Positions 45,618 to 54,370 are shown, counted from the stretch's first letter. The stretch: 56,857 nucleotides of DNA from Elusimicrobiota bacterium (GCA_018829985.1 JAHJSU010000333.1:1-56857); one strand, 5' to 3'. Program-made: numbers and translations. Notes: generated by a model from the sequence alone, not told the origin.

Positions 45618-46600
45618 ACTTTATAAATCAGCTACGGCTTTCAGGAGAGCGCTTGAGGATCGTCTTAAAGCCATTGCCGGCGGCAGCATGGACCTGCCCC
45701 GGCTTAGAAAATCCGTGGCTTTTGAAAGACTGCTGGCCCGGTTTTTTGCCGATACCGGCTCAGCCTGGCTGCTGAAAGGCGGTTATGCCCTGGAAATCCG
45801 TTACAGGGGAAGCTCGCGTTCCACAAAAGATATGGATTTCACGCTGCCGAGCGCTTTAATGCTCCCCGGAACCAATAACGCGGACCCCGCCGCTATACAT
45901 GTTGTTATTGGGCGTATTGCGGCCAGGGAGCTTAATGACTGGTTTGAATTCCGCGTAGGCCCTGAAGCGCAGGAAATTGACGGCGCGCCATACGGCGGGT
46001 ACAGGTTCCCCATGGAAGCGGTTGTGGACAAGCGGCAGTTCTCAACTTTTCATTTTGATGTGGCCGTGGGCGACGCTGTAATGGGTGAGCCCGAGTGGCT
46101 TTTGGGCCACGATATGCTGTCCTTTGCCGGAATCCCGCCGGCAAAGATAGCCCTGCTTCCAAAAGAGCGGCATTTTGCGGAAAAAATTCATGCTTACACT
46201 TTCCCGCGCGGTAATGTCCCCAATTCAAGAACAAGGGACCTGGTGGACATGGTGATTCTAATACAAAAAGGGCTGTCAAAACAAAAAACATCGGAAGCAA
46301 TTAAGGCCACGTTTAGTAACTACTCAGGTTCTCCGTATTTTTCACGTATTTTTTGTAGTGGCAAAGCTTGCTTTGCCTTTTTGGGCAGAGTAAACTCTGC
46401 CACTACGACGACAGACCTGAGTAGTTACCACGTTTAACAGAAGGGGGACTCACGCTGTTCCTAAGGCGCTGGAGTATCCGCCGGATAACTGGAAACTGCC
46501 GTTTAAGAATCTTGCCGAAGAAATAGGGCTTGAGCCCAAAGCAATGGACGCTGCTTTTGCCGTTGTGACGGATTTCTGGAACGAACTTTTTAAGGAGTAA
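45604..46600 (+). pseudogene. abiEii: AbiEii-family nucleotidyltransferase toxin gene, interrupted by a MITE
   Basis: KGGYALEIRY...RSTKDMDF NTase motif. The ORF now ends at 46437 in MITE-derived sequence. Removing 121 bp restores a 291-aa ORF ending at 46600. Confidence 0.8.
46316..46428. mobile_element. MITE-A copy (113 bp) inserted in abiEii
   Basis: 13-bp TIRs GTAACTACTCAGG/CCTGAGTAGTTAC. 8-bp TSD CACGTTTA at 46308-46315 and 46429-46436. 113/113 identical (reverse orientation) to 30396-30508. Confidence 0.9.
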
Positions 46601-46602
46601 CT

Positions 46603-48171
46603 ATGGCACGCTCAAAAACACCCGCTCAGCCGCAGACCACCGCCGGGCAGCTCAGTTCTATTATAAAATCCTGCCGCGACATAATGCGCAAGGACAAAGG
46701 CCTTAACGGCGACTCCGACCGCCTGCCCATGCTCACCTGGATAATGTTCCTTAAATTCCTGGACGATATGGAAAAAATGCGCGAGAACGAAAGCAAAATG
46801 GACGGCAAAAGATATGCCTCTGCCATACAGCCGCCCTACAGATGGCGCGACTGGGCCGCAAAAGAGGAAGGTGTTACCGGCGAGGATTTGATTTCTTTCA
46901 TCAATAACGACGAATGCGTAAGGCCGGACGGCAGCCGGGGCGCCGGGCTTTTCGCCTATCTTAAAAGGCTTGAGGGCTCCAGGAAAGGCGACAGGCGCAC
47001 GGTTATTTCCACCGTGTTCCACGGCGCCATAAACCGCATGCAGAGCGGCTACCTTCTGCGGGATGTTATAAACAAAATAAACGGCATACATTTCACCTCC
47101 ACCGAGGAGATTTACACCCTTTCCCATCTTTACGAAAGCCTGCTTAAGGAAATGCGGGATTCCGCCGGCGACGCCGGGGAATTTTACACGCCGCGCGCCG
47201 TGGTAAAGTTTATGGTTACCGCCATAAATCCCAGACTGGGGGAGACAGTGCTGGACCCTTCCTGCGGCACCGGCGGTTTTCTGGTTGCGGTCTTTGAGCA
47301 TATCAGGAACCAGTGCAAAAACGTAGAAGATAATAAAATTCTCCAAAACGACACTCTTTACGGCGGCGAGGCGAAATCCCTGCCGTACCTGCTTTGCCAG
47401 ATGAATTTGCTCCTTCACGGTCTGGATTCGCCGTCAATTGACTCCGGCAATTCCCTGCGCTTTCCGCTTAACGAGATAGGCGACAAGGACCGCGTGGATG
47501 TTATAGTCACAAACCCGCCCTTCGGCGGCGAGGAGGAAAAAGGCATACAGGGCAATTTCCCGCAGGACAAGCAGACCGCTGAAACCGCGCTGTTGTTTTT
47601 GCAGCTTATTATGCGAAAACTCAGGCGCAAAGGCCCGGAGTCAAAGAAAGGCGGCCGCGCGGCGGTAATCGTGCCCAACGGCACGCTTTTCGGCGACGGC
47701 GTTTCGGCAAGAATAAAGGAAGAGCTGCTTAAAGAATTCAACCTGCACACAATTGTGCGCCTGCCCAACGGCGTGTTCGCGCCTTACGCCGGTATTCCCA
47801 CCAACATACTTTTCTTTGACCGCGGCGGCCCCACCAAAGAAATCTGGTACTATGAGCAGCCGCTCCCCGAAGGCCGCAAGAATTACACAAAAACCCAGCC
47901 CATCCAGTTTGACGAGTTTAAGCCCTGTCTTAACTGGTGGAAAAAGCGCGAGGAAAACGACCAGGCCTGGAGGGTAAAGGCTGAAGATATCCTGAAATAT
48001 GACGAGAACAAAGTCCTCGTTTCCGCCAACCTGGACATAAAAAATCCCAAGTCCCTGGAAGAGTTTGAACACCTAGCGCCGGAACAGCTTGTAGAGGATA
48101 TCCTGCAGAAAGAACATAAAGTAATAGAAATAATGGCCGAGCTAAAAGAGCTTTTAAAGAAGGTCATGTAA
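46603..48171 (+). CDS. hsdM: Type I R-M system DNA methyltransferase subunit M (N6-adenine)
   Basis: Motif I DPSCGTGGFL, motif IV NPPFGG, and an HsdM N-terminal domain. Confidence 0.92.
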   Translation: MARSKTPAQPQTTAGQLSSIIKSCRDIMRKDKGLNGDSDRLPMLTWIMFLKFLDDMEKMRENESKMDGKRYASAIQPPYRWRDWAAKEEGVTGEDLISFINNDECVRPDGSRGAGLFAYLKRLEGSRKGDRRTVISTVFHGAINRMQSGYLLRDVINKINGIHFTSTEEIYTLSHLYESLLKEMRDSAGDAGEFYTPRAVVKFMVTAINPRLGETVLDPSCGTGGFLVAVFEHIRNQCKNVEDNKILQNDTLYGGEAKSLPYLLCQMNLLLHGLDSPSIDSGNSLRFPLNEIGDKDRVDVIVTNPPFGGEEEKGIQGNFPQDKQTAETALLFLQLIMRKLRRKGPESKKGGRAAVIVPNGTLFGDGVSARIKEELLKEFNLHTIVRLPNGVFAPYAGIPTNILFFDRGGPTKEIWYYEQPLPEGRKNYTKTQPIQFDEFKPCLNWWKKREENDQAWRVKAEDILKYDENKVLVSANLDIKNPKSLEEFEHLAPEQLVEDILQKEHKVIEIMAELKELLKKVM

Positions 48172-49355
48172 TGAAAAAAAACTGGGCCTCAGCCCCCTTG
48201 GGGGAAATATTGATTGAGCGCCGGGAAGTCCCTGATGCCGAAGCTCTTGTTTCAGGAGAAATCCCTATTATCTCAAAAATTTCTTTTAAAGACGGAGAAA
48301 TAGTGCTACGTTCGGGTGGGGAAACAAGAACCGGGATGATTCTTGCGCGCAATGGCGACTTGCTTGTGTCGGGTATAAACGCAGCTAAAGGCGCAATTGC
48401 GATTTATGAAGGAGAAAAGCCAATAGCCGCAACCATCCATTATGGCGCGTATATCCCCAACGAAGGCAGGATAGATGTTAACTATCTCTGGTGGCTATTG
48501 CGTAGTCAGGCTTTTAAAGATTTGCTGGAAAAATATGTGCCTGGCGGAATTAAAACAGAACTTAAATCCAAACGTTTTCTCCCTATACCAGTTCCGCTTC
48601 CGCCCTTGCCTGAACAGCGAAAAATTGTTGCACGGATTGAGGATGTTAATGATAAAAATCAACGCATAAAAATGCTTAATACAGAGATTAAGAAGGAAAC
48701 CGAGTTAATTCTTTCTACTGTCCTGTCGGATATTTTTAGCAAGGCAGTAAAAAAGGGTTGGCAACAAGGTCGTTTGGGTAATTATGTTGTTAAAGACTGC
48801 TATGGGACATCAGAAAAGACTACCGATGATATTTCTGGTACACCAATTTTAAGAATGGGGAATATTCAAAAAGGAAAAATCCTTCTAAACGGATTAAAAT
48901 ATTTGTCCTTAACAGATAAAGAGAAAAATAAACTGTTGCTGCAAAAAGGAGATATATTGGTTAATCGAACAAATAGCGCTGAGCTTGTCGGAAAGTGTGC
49001 TGTTTTTGACTATGATGGTGATTTCGGATTTGCCTCTTACTTGATTATGCTTCGGGTAAATAAGGAGACTGCTGACCCATATTTGGTTTCCTATTATGTA
49101 AATTCATCTCTTGGCAGAAAATACATGCTTTCAGAAAAAAAACAAATGACTGGGCAAGCCAATGTCAACGCCACTAAACTAAAAGCTTTACCAATAGCAT
49201 TGCCGACACTAAAAGAACAGAAAAAGATTGCCGGCTTTTTAAAAAAGATTGACGGGATGGTTATGGACACCGAAAAACTGATTCATCGATCAGAGACTAA
49301 AATAGACGGCTTATTATCTTCGGTTTTAAATAAGGCGTTTAAGGGTGATTCGTAA
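48171..49355 (+). CDS. hsdS: Type I R-M system specificity subunit S
   Basis: Two TRDs separated by conserved helices (LPPLPEQRKIVARIE / LPTLKEQKKIAGFLKKID). AT-richer than its neighbours. Start overlaps the hsdM stop. Confidence 0.9.
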   Translation: MKKNWASAPLGEILIERREVPDAEALVSGEIPIISKISFKDGEIVLRSGGETRTGMILARNGDLLVSGINAAKGAIAIYEGEKPIAATIHYGAYIPNEGRIDVNYLWWLLRSQAFKDLLEKYVPGGIKTELKSKRFLPIPVPLPPLPEQRKIVARIEDVNDKNQRIKMLNTEIKKETELILSTVLSDIFSKAVKKGWQQGRLGNYVVKDCYGTSEKTTDDISGTPILRMGNIQKGKILLNGLKYLSLTDKEKNKLLLQKGDILVNRTNSAELVGKCAVFDYDGDFGFASYLIMLRVNKETADPYLVSYYVNSSLGRKYMLSEKKQMTGQANVNATKLKALPIALPTLKEQKKIAGFLKKIDGMVMDTEKLIHRSETKIDGLLSSVLNKAFKGDS

Positions 49356-49369
49356 TTCAGGAGACAGCC

Positions 49370-50809
49370 ATGAACACGCGGAAATTGCTGGATAAGTTCC
49401 GGGGCTGGGCGCATTACGACCCTGTTATGAAGCAGGAGATGCTTGACGCGGCGGGGGAGTTTTTCGCTTTTTACGAGGAGCCGGAAGCGATTGAGAGGGA
49501 TGTGACTTTAAAAGGTCTTTTTCACGAATGGTTCCTTTTTGACAGGAAGACCACGCGGTATCTTAAAACACCGGCCGAAATCTTTCTGCGTTACGGCGGC
49601 CGCGCTGTCGCAAAAAAAGAAAAAGAATTTTTCAAAGCCCTTACCGAAACCGTTTTCGGCGTGTTTGAGGTTTTGTCTTCAGACGCCCAAGCCGGGCTTA
49701 TCCATATTAAAAGGGTGGACGGCGCCGGGGAATGGACTGTAAAAGACATACGCGGCAGCCAAAGTATGCAGGCAGGGAACGTGCTTTTTGCCAGGGTGAT
49801 CCCCCTGGCGGAAGAACCGATTTTCACCGGCTGGGTATCCGGCTATCCCGCCGGCGGCGGAGAGCTGAAGGATATCTTTAAAAAATTTTCAGACTCGTCT
49901 AAAAACTTATCCGGCTTAAAGCCGCGGTATCTGCTGAAGCTCTGGAGCAGACCCATTAACTGGCTGGAGAAGGGGGAATTCTTCTGCAAGACCCGCCTGG
50001 CCGGCATCTGGCAGAGATGGTGCGGCAAAGACAGGCCTTTCTCAGAATTGGAAGCCGCCGTGGACACGGGCGACCACGACAAATACCTGCTGGCCCAAAA
50101 AACCCTTCTCGAGAGCGTACCGGATCATGACGAGCTTCACGATTTAATGGACCTGCTGGAAGCCTACTGGAATCTGTCTTCCGGCAAGAAAGCGGGTTTA
50201 AAAACGCCGGTTGAGCGGGTAGGCCCGGCGGGCCCCGGACCCGTGGAAAGGAAGTATCTGAATATGCTCGGCGACGCCAATTTTAAGCGCTATCAAAAAA
50301 ACGGCGGAGAACTGTCAAAAGAGGAAAACGATTCCTGGCTGAAAAATCCGGCCAACGGGGAAAACGGCCTTAGCCCGTTTGAGCTGATTTCCAAAGAAAG
50401 AAAAAGCAATAATCACCCTTTTCCGGAGCAGATAAGCTATTCCATAAAAATACAGGGGCTTGAGAATAAGGCGGCGGGGCCCGCCTCGGAAAAGACGCAG
50501 GCCGCGCTGGGCTTTATGATGCACAAAAATTTTAAAAAAGCCGCGCAGCTCTATGAAGAAGCCCTTACAGTGTTAAAGCATGACAAATCAGTCTCGTTCA
50601 AGATTTTCGGCAATTTGGGCATTTGCTACGCGCTTATGGGTGAAAGGGAAAAGGCCGCCGAAGCGCTGCGCGAAGCCCTGCGCCACAACCCGGATTATGA
50701 CCGCGCCAGGGAGCATTTAAGCGACATTGAATCCATGACCGATAAGCAATACAAGAAATTCCTCAAGGAGGGTCCGGACCATCTCACCCACAGCGAATGG
50801 CGGGGATAA
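49370..50809 (+). CDS. Hypothetical protein with C-terminal TPR repeats
   Basis: 479 aa. The N-terminal module (LFHEWFLFDR...VFGVFEVL...GLIHIKRV) is vaguely like the N-termini of SEC-C-motif/YecA-like proteins (from memory, weak). C-terminal TPR (AAQLYEEAL...ALRHNPDYDRA). Confidence 0.55.
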   Translation: MNTRKLLDKFRGWAHYDPVMKQEMLDAAGEFFAFYEEPEAIERDVTLKGLFHEWFLFDRKTTRYLKTPAEIFLRYGGRAVAKKEKEFFKALTETVFGVFEVLSSDAQAGLIHIKRVDGAGEWTVKDIRGSQSMQAGNVLFARVIPLAEEPIFTGWVSGYPAGGGELKDIFKKFSDSSKNLSGLKPRYLLKLWSRPINWLEKGEFFCKTRLAGIWQRWCGKDRPFSELEAAVDTGDHDKYLLAQKTLLESVPDHDELHDLMDLLEAYWNLSSGKKAGLKTPVERVGPAGPGPVERKYLNMLGDANFKRYQKNGGELSKEENDSWLKNPANGENGLSPFELISKERKSNNHPFPEQISYSIKIQGLENKAAGPASEKTQAALGFMMHKNFKKAAQLYEEALTVLKHDKSVSFKIFGNLGICYALMGEREKAAEALREALRHNPDYDRAREHLSDIESMTDKQYKKFLKEGPDHLTHSEWRG

Positions 50810-50818
50810 AAGAATATA

Positions 50819-52909
50819 ATGCCGGAAGAAAAAAACAAGCCCTATCAGGGCATAAAGACCGGAGAGCCCTCCCCGGCGGCATTTTTCTTTGCGCCGGACG
50901 GGCCCCTTTCCGGGGCGCTGAAAAATTTTGAGCCCAGAAAGCAGCAGGAAGCGATGGCCGGCGCCGTTTACAGCGCTGTCGGCGAAAAAAAGCATCTGAT
51001 AGTGGAGGCAGGCACGGGGGTGGGAAAGTCGCTTGCCTATCTTCTGCCGGCGGCCTTATGGGCGGTCCGTAATAAAAAGAAGGCGGTGGTCGCCACCTAT
51101 ACCAAGGCTCTTCAGGAGCAGCTCACCAAAAAAGATCTGCCTGTCGTCAAGGCCATGCTGCAAAATGCCGGGCTTGAGCTAAAGTATTTTCTCTTGATGG
51201 GCTCCTCCAATTATCTGTGCCTGGCCAGGCTGTGCAGATGCGCCGAACGGGGCGCCGGGCTTTTTGACGATGAAGAAGCGCGGAAAACAGCGGAGGACCT
51301 GCTTGAATGGTCCAAAACCTGCGTTTCCGGCTGCCGGACCGAAGTGCCGTTCAGGGTTTGCGCGCGCGTTTGGGAAGAGGCTTGCCGCGACCCGGATATC
51401 TGCCTTGGCAGGCGCTGCTCCTTTAAAGAGGACTGCCTGTACCGCAAAGACGTGGCCAAGGCAAAGCAGGCCGACCTTATTGTGGTAAACCAGCATCTTT
51501 ATTTCGCCGGTATTCCCATCCCCGCTTTTGACGCGGTTATCTTCGACGAGGCGCATAACCTTGAGGACGTGGCGTCCAATTTTTTCGGTTTCTCGCTTAC
51601 GGACCGGCAAATAAAGCGCCTGCTGGATGATGTCTTCAACGCCAGGTCCGGCAAAGGCCTGGCAAAAAGGCTCCGGCGCCCGCCCGCTAAATGGCTGGAT
51701 GAGGTTAAGGACGCGGTGCGCGACGCGCATTTTGCCTCAAAGCTGTTTTTTCAGGATATAGCCGAAAAAACCGGGCTTGTCCGCCGTAGCCTTAGCGAAG
51801 GCGGGCTCAACGGCGCCGGCGGCGGATTTCAGGCCAAAGCCAGGCGGGTGCGCGAGCCCGGCATAGTTGAAAATCCCCTTTCCGGGCCGCTGACGGAGCT
51901 TGGCGGGCTTCTCTCCGGCGCCGTCGGGCACAGCCAGACGGATTTGGAGGAGCTGGAAATTAAAGCGCACCACAACAGGTGTCAGCAAATTACCGGCCAG
52001 CTTAATTCCTTCCTTAAATGCGAAAGCAAAGAGCACGCGTATTGGGTTGAGGTTAAGTCCGCCAGGCGCAATCCGGTTATTTCATTGAATAAAGCCCCGG
52101 TGGAGGTGGCGGACAGTCTGCGAAAAGAGCTTTTTGAAGCGCATTGCCCCGTAATTTTAACTTCGGCCACGCTGGCGGCTGGCGGCTCGTTTAAGATGCT
52201 TCGGTCCAGGCTGGGCGTGGACAACGCTTCCGAACTTCTTCTGGACTCGCCTTTCGAGTATGAAAAACAGGCCGTAATTTATATGCCGGCGGATATCCCG
52301 GACCCTAAAGACGCCGCTGAATATGAGCGCGCCGTTATCGGAAGCTGCCCTGAAATAGCCGCGGCGGTGGAAGGCGGCATTTTTATCCTCTACACCAACT
52401 GGCAGTTGCTTGAAAAATCTTTCAGGAACCTGGCGGGCGCAATAACGGGCAGGCCTCTGTTCCGGCAGGGGGAAAAACCGCCGCAGCAGTTATTGGCGGA
52501 TTTTAAAAAAGCCGGCAACGGGATTCTGCTGGCCACGGACACCTTCTGGCAGGGGATAGACGTGCCGGGCTCCGCGTTGTCCTGCGTGGTAATAACCAGG
52601 CTGCCGTTCCTTTCCCCGGATACCCCGCTTGAAGAGGCCCGCCAGGAATGGATGGCCGCAAAAGGCATTGACGTTTTCAGCGAATATTCGCTGCCGAAGG
52701 CGATAGTTAAATTCAGGCAGGGCTTCGGCCGGCTGATAAGAAGCGGCAGCGATTTCGGCGCGGTCATTGTGCTGGATCCCAGAATAAAAACCAGGCGTTA
52801 CGGCGCCATGTTCCTGCGGTCAGTGCCCAAATGCCGGCGGCTGGAAAGTTTGAAGGAAATCAAAGAATTCTTCTCATCCCGGAAACCCGGCGCGCAATTG
52901 TCTAAATGA
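50819..52909 (+). CDS. DinG/XPD-family (Rad3-like) ATP-dependent DNA helicase with Fe-S cluster cysteines
   Basis: Walker A EAGTGVGKS, DEAH box FDEAHN, a Cys-rich segment (C...CRDPDICLGRRCSFKEDC), and C-terminal helicase_C_2 motifs (FWQGIDVPG, QGFGRLIR). Confidence 0.85.
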   Translation: MPEEKNKPYQGIKTGEPSPAAFFFAPDGPLSGALKNFEPRKQQEAMAGAVYSAVGEKKHLIVEAGTGVGKSLAYLLPAALWAVRNKKKAVVATYTKALQEQLTKKDLPVVKAMLQNAGLELKYFLLMGSSNYLCLARLCRCAERGAGLFDDEEARKTAEDLLEWSKTCVSGCRTEVPFRVCARVWEEACRDPDICLGRRCSFKEDCLYRKDVAKAKQADLIVVNQHLYFAGIPIPAFDAVIFDEAHNLEDVASNFFGFSLTDRQIKRLLDDVFNARSGKGLAKRLRRPPAKWLDEVKDAVRDAHFASKLFFQDIAEKTGLVRRSLSEGGLNGAGGGFQAKARRVREPGIVENPLSGPLTELGGLLSGAVGHSQTDLEELEIKAHHNRCQQITGQLNSFLKCESKEHAYWVEVKSARRNPVISLNKAPVEVADSLRKELFEAHCPVILTSATLAAGGSFKMLRSRLGVDNASELLLDSPFEYEKQAVIYMPADIPDPKDAAEYERAVIGSCPEIAAAVEGGIFILYTNWQLLEKSFRNLAGAITGRPLFRQGEKPPQQLLADFKKAGNGILLATDTFWQGIDVPGSALSCVVITRLPFLSPDTPLEEARQEWMAAKGIDVFSEYSLPKAIVKFRQGFGRLIRSGSDFGAVIVLDPRIKTRRYGAMFLRSVPKCRRLESLKEIKEFFSSRKPGAQLSK

Positions 52910-53859
52910 AAATACTTTTTGTCACCGACCTGCACGGAAACGAGGCCAAATTCCGCCGTGGTTTTGATATTGCCAGGGAGACCGGCGCAAAAGCCGTTAT
53001 AAACGGCGGCGATATGCTCTGCCACGGGGCGGACATTCACAAAGAGCAGCGGGAGTTTATAGAAGGCTTTCTTGACGGGCACTTCGCCGAATATGAACAA
53101 AGCGGCATTTACCATCTTGGCTATCTCGGAAACGACGATTTGCGGATATATGACCCGCTGTTTGATTCGGTTTGCTCGAAATACAAATACGCAGTGAATC
53201 TGGCGCAGTCCCGGTTCGAGCTCTATGGTTTTGAATTTATAGGCATGAACTGGGTTACGGATTACCCGTTCAGGCTGAAGGACAGGTGCCGCCGCGACGG
53301 CCCCGGCTATGTTTTCCAGGAACAGTTCGGCTCCGGGCTGCTGTCCACTCCCGAAGGCTTCAAAGAGCTGCCCGCCCCCGCCAAACAACCGGCGGGTCCG
53401 CCGAGTAGTGTGGCGGAAAACAACCGGCGGGTCCGCCGAAGCTGTGTGGCGGAAAACGGCCGGCGGGCAAGCGGGTCCGCCTCTGGCGGAGAGGACTGGC
53501 CGGCTTATGCCGCCACGCTGCCTACCATTGAGAATGAACTTGCCGCCCTTCCCAAGCCGAAGACAGTCGCTAAAACGGTTTATGTAATCCACATGCCGCC
53601 TTCCGGGCTTGGCCTGGATGTAACCGACTCCGGGGAGGAGGTAGGCTCAAAAGCCGTCAGCCGGTTCATCAAGAAAACAGGCCCGCTATTGACCTTGCAC
53701 GGCCACATCCACGAATCGCCGTCAATGAGCGGCGTATGGAAAGCCAAAATCGGGAAAACGGTGTGTATTCAGCCCGGCCAGATGAAAGGAAAAGCCTTAA
53801 GTTATGTTCTGATAAACCTGAAAAGCATGGAACTGGAAAGATTTGAAGAGCCGCTGTAG
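52906..53859 (+). CDS. Calcineurin-like metallophosphoesterase carrying an in-frame REP-array insertion
   Basis: ILFVTDLHGN, GGDM, GNDD, HMPP and LHGHIHES motifs. 4-nt overlap with the helicase gene. Confidence 0.8.
   Translation: MKILFVTDLHGNEAKFRRGFDIARETGAKAVINGGDMLCHGADIHKEQREFIEGFLDGHFAEYEQSGIYHLGYLGNDDLRIYDPLFDSVCSKYKYAVNLAQSRFELYGFEFIGMNWVTDYPFRLKDRCRRDGPGYVFQEQFGSGLLSTPEGFKELPAPAKQPAGPPSSVAENNRRVRRSCVAENGRRASGSASGGEDWPAYAATLPTIENELAALPKPKTVAKTVYVIHMPPSGLGLDVTDSGEEVGSKAVSRFIKKTGPLLTLHGHIHESPSMSGVWKAKIGKTVCIQPGQMKGKALSYVLINLKSMELERFEEPL
53371..53490. repeat. REP-like unit array (~120 bp) inside the metallophosphoesterase CDS
   Basis: Near-identical to the reverse complement of ~41965-42090 and to 33345-33420. 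Translated in-frame as PAPAKQPAGPPSSVAENNRRVRRSCVAENGRRASGSASGG. Confidence 0.85.
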
Positions 53860-54370
53860 ATCCCCGGTTACGCCCCCGGAAACTTTATAGAGACCTTTTG
53901 AAGTCGTTTTCCCCGGAATCCCCCGCTCCGCCTGATTGCCTGAATTGTGTATTTTGCGTTCCGCAAAACACACCGCGGCAAAGTCCACCGCTTCCAGCAG
54001 AAACGGCGTTGTTTATCATGGCCTCACCCCTTCCCGTCCGCCACCAAGCTTGGGGGGGCCGGGTTTCGTCCGTCTAAGGCGGACGTACAAGGCTATGTCA
54101 GTGCCGTATCAGGGTCCTTCGATTACACTCAGGACAGTGAGGCTTCGACGGTGAGCTCAGCCGAACCGCGCAGTCGAACTGCCTATGGCCTTCAGACGGC
54201 CATAGCTAAAAGTGCATATTTACCCCTTTCAGAAGGCGGAAATCTAATGGCAATTCGCCATATAAAAAAATATAATTGATTACCGGGGGTTGTAAAAATT
54301 GCGACTCAGTTTTGTTTTGATTTTTCACATTAACAATATGCCTTAACGCAGACCACCCGCAAAAACATGT

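Noticed and set aside
53936-54279. 72-aa and 110-aa ORFs in the gap upstream of the AEP-helicase
   Set aside because: They overlap each other in different frames, run through REP and hairpin sequence, and have no RBS or recognisable domains.
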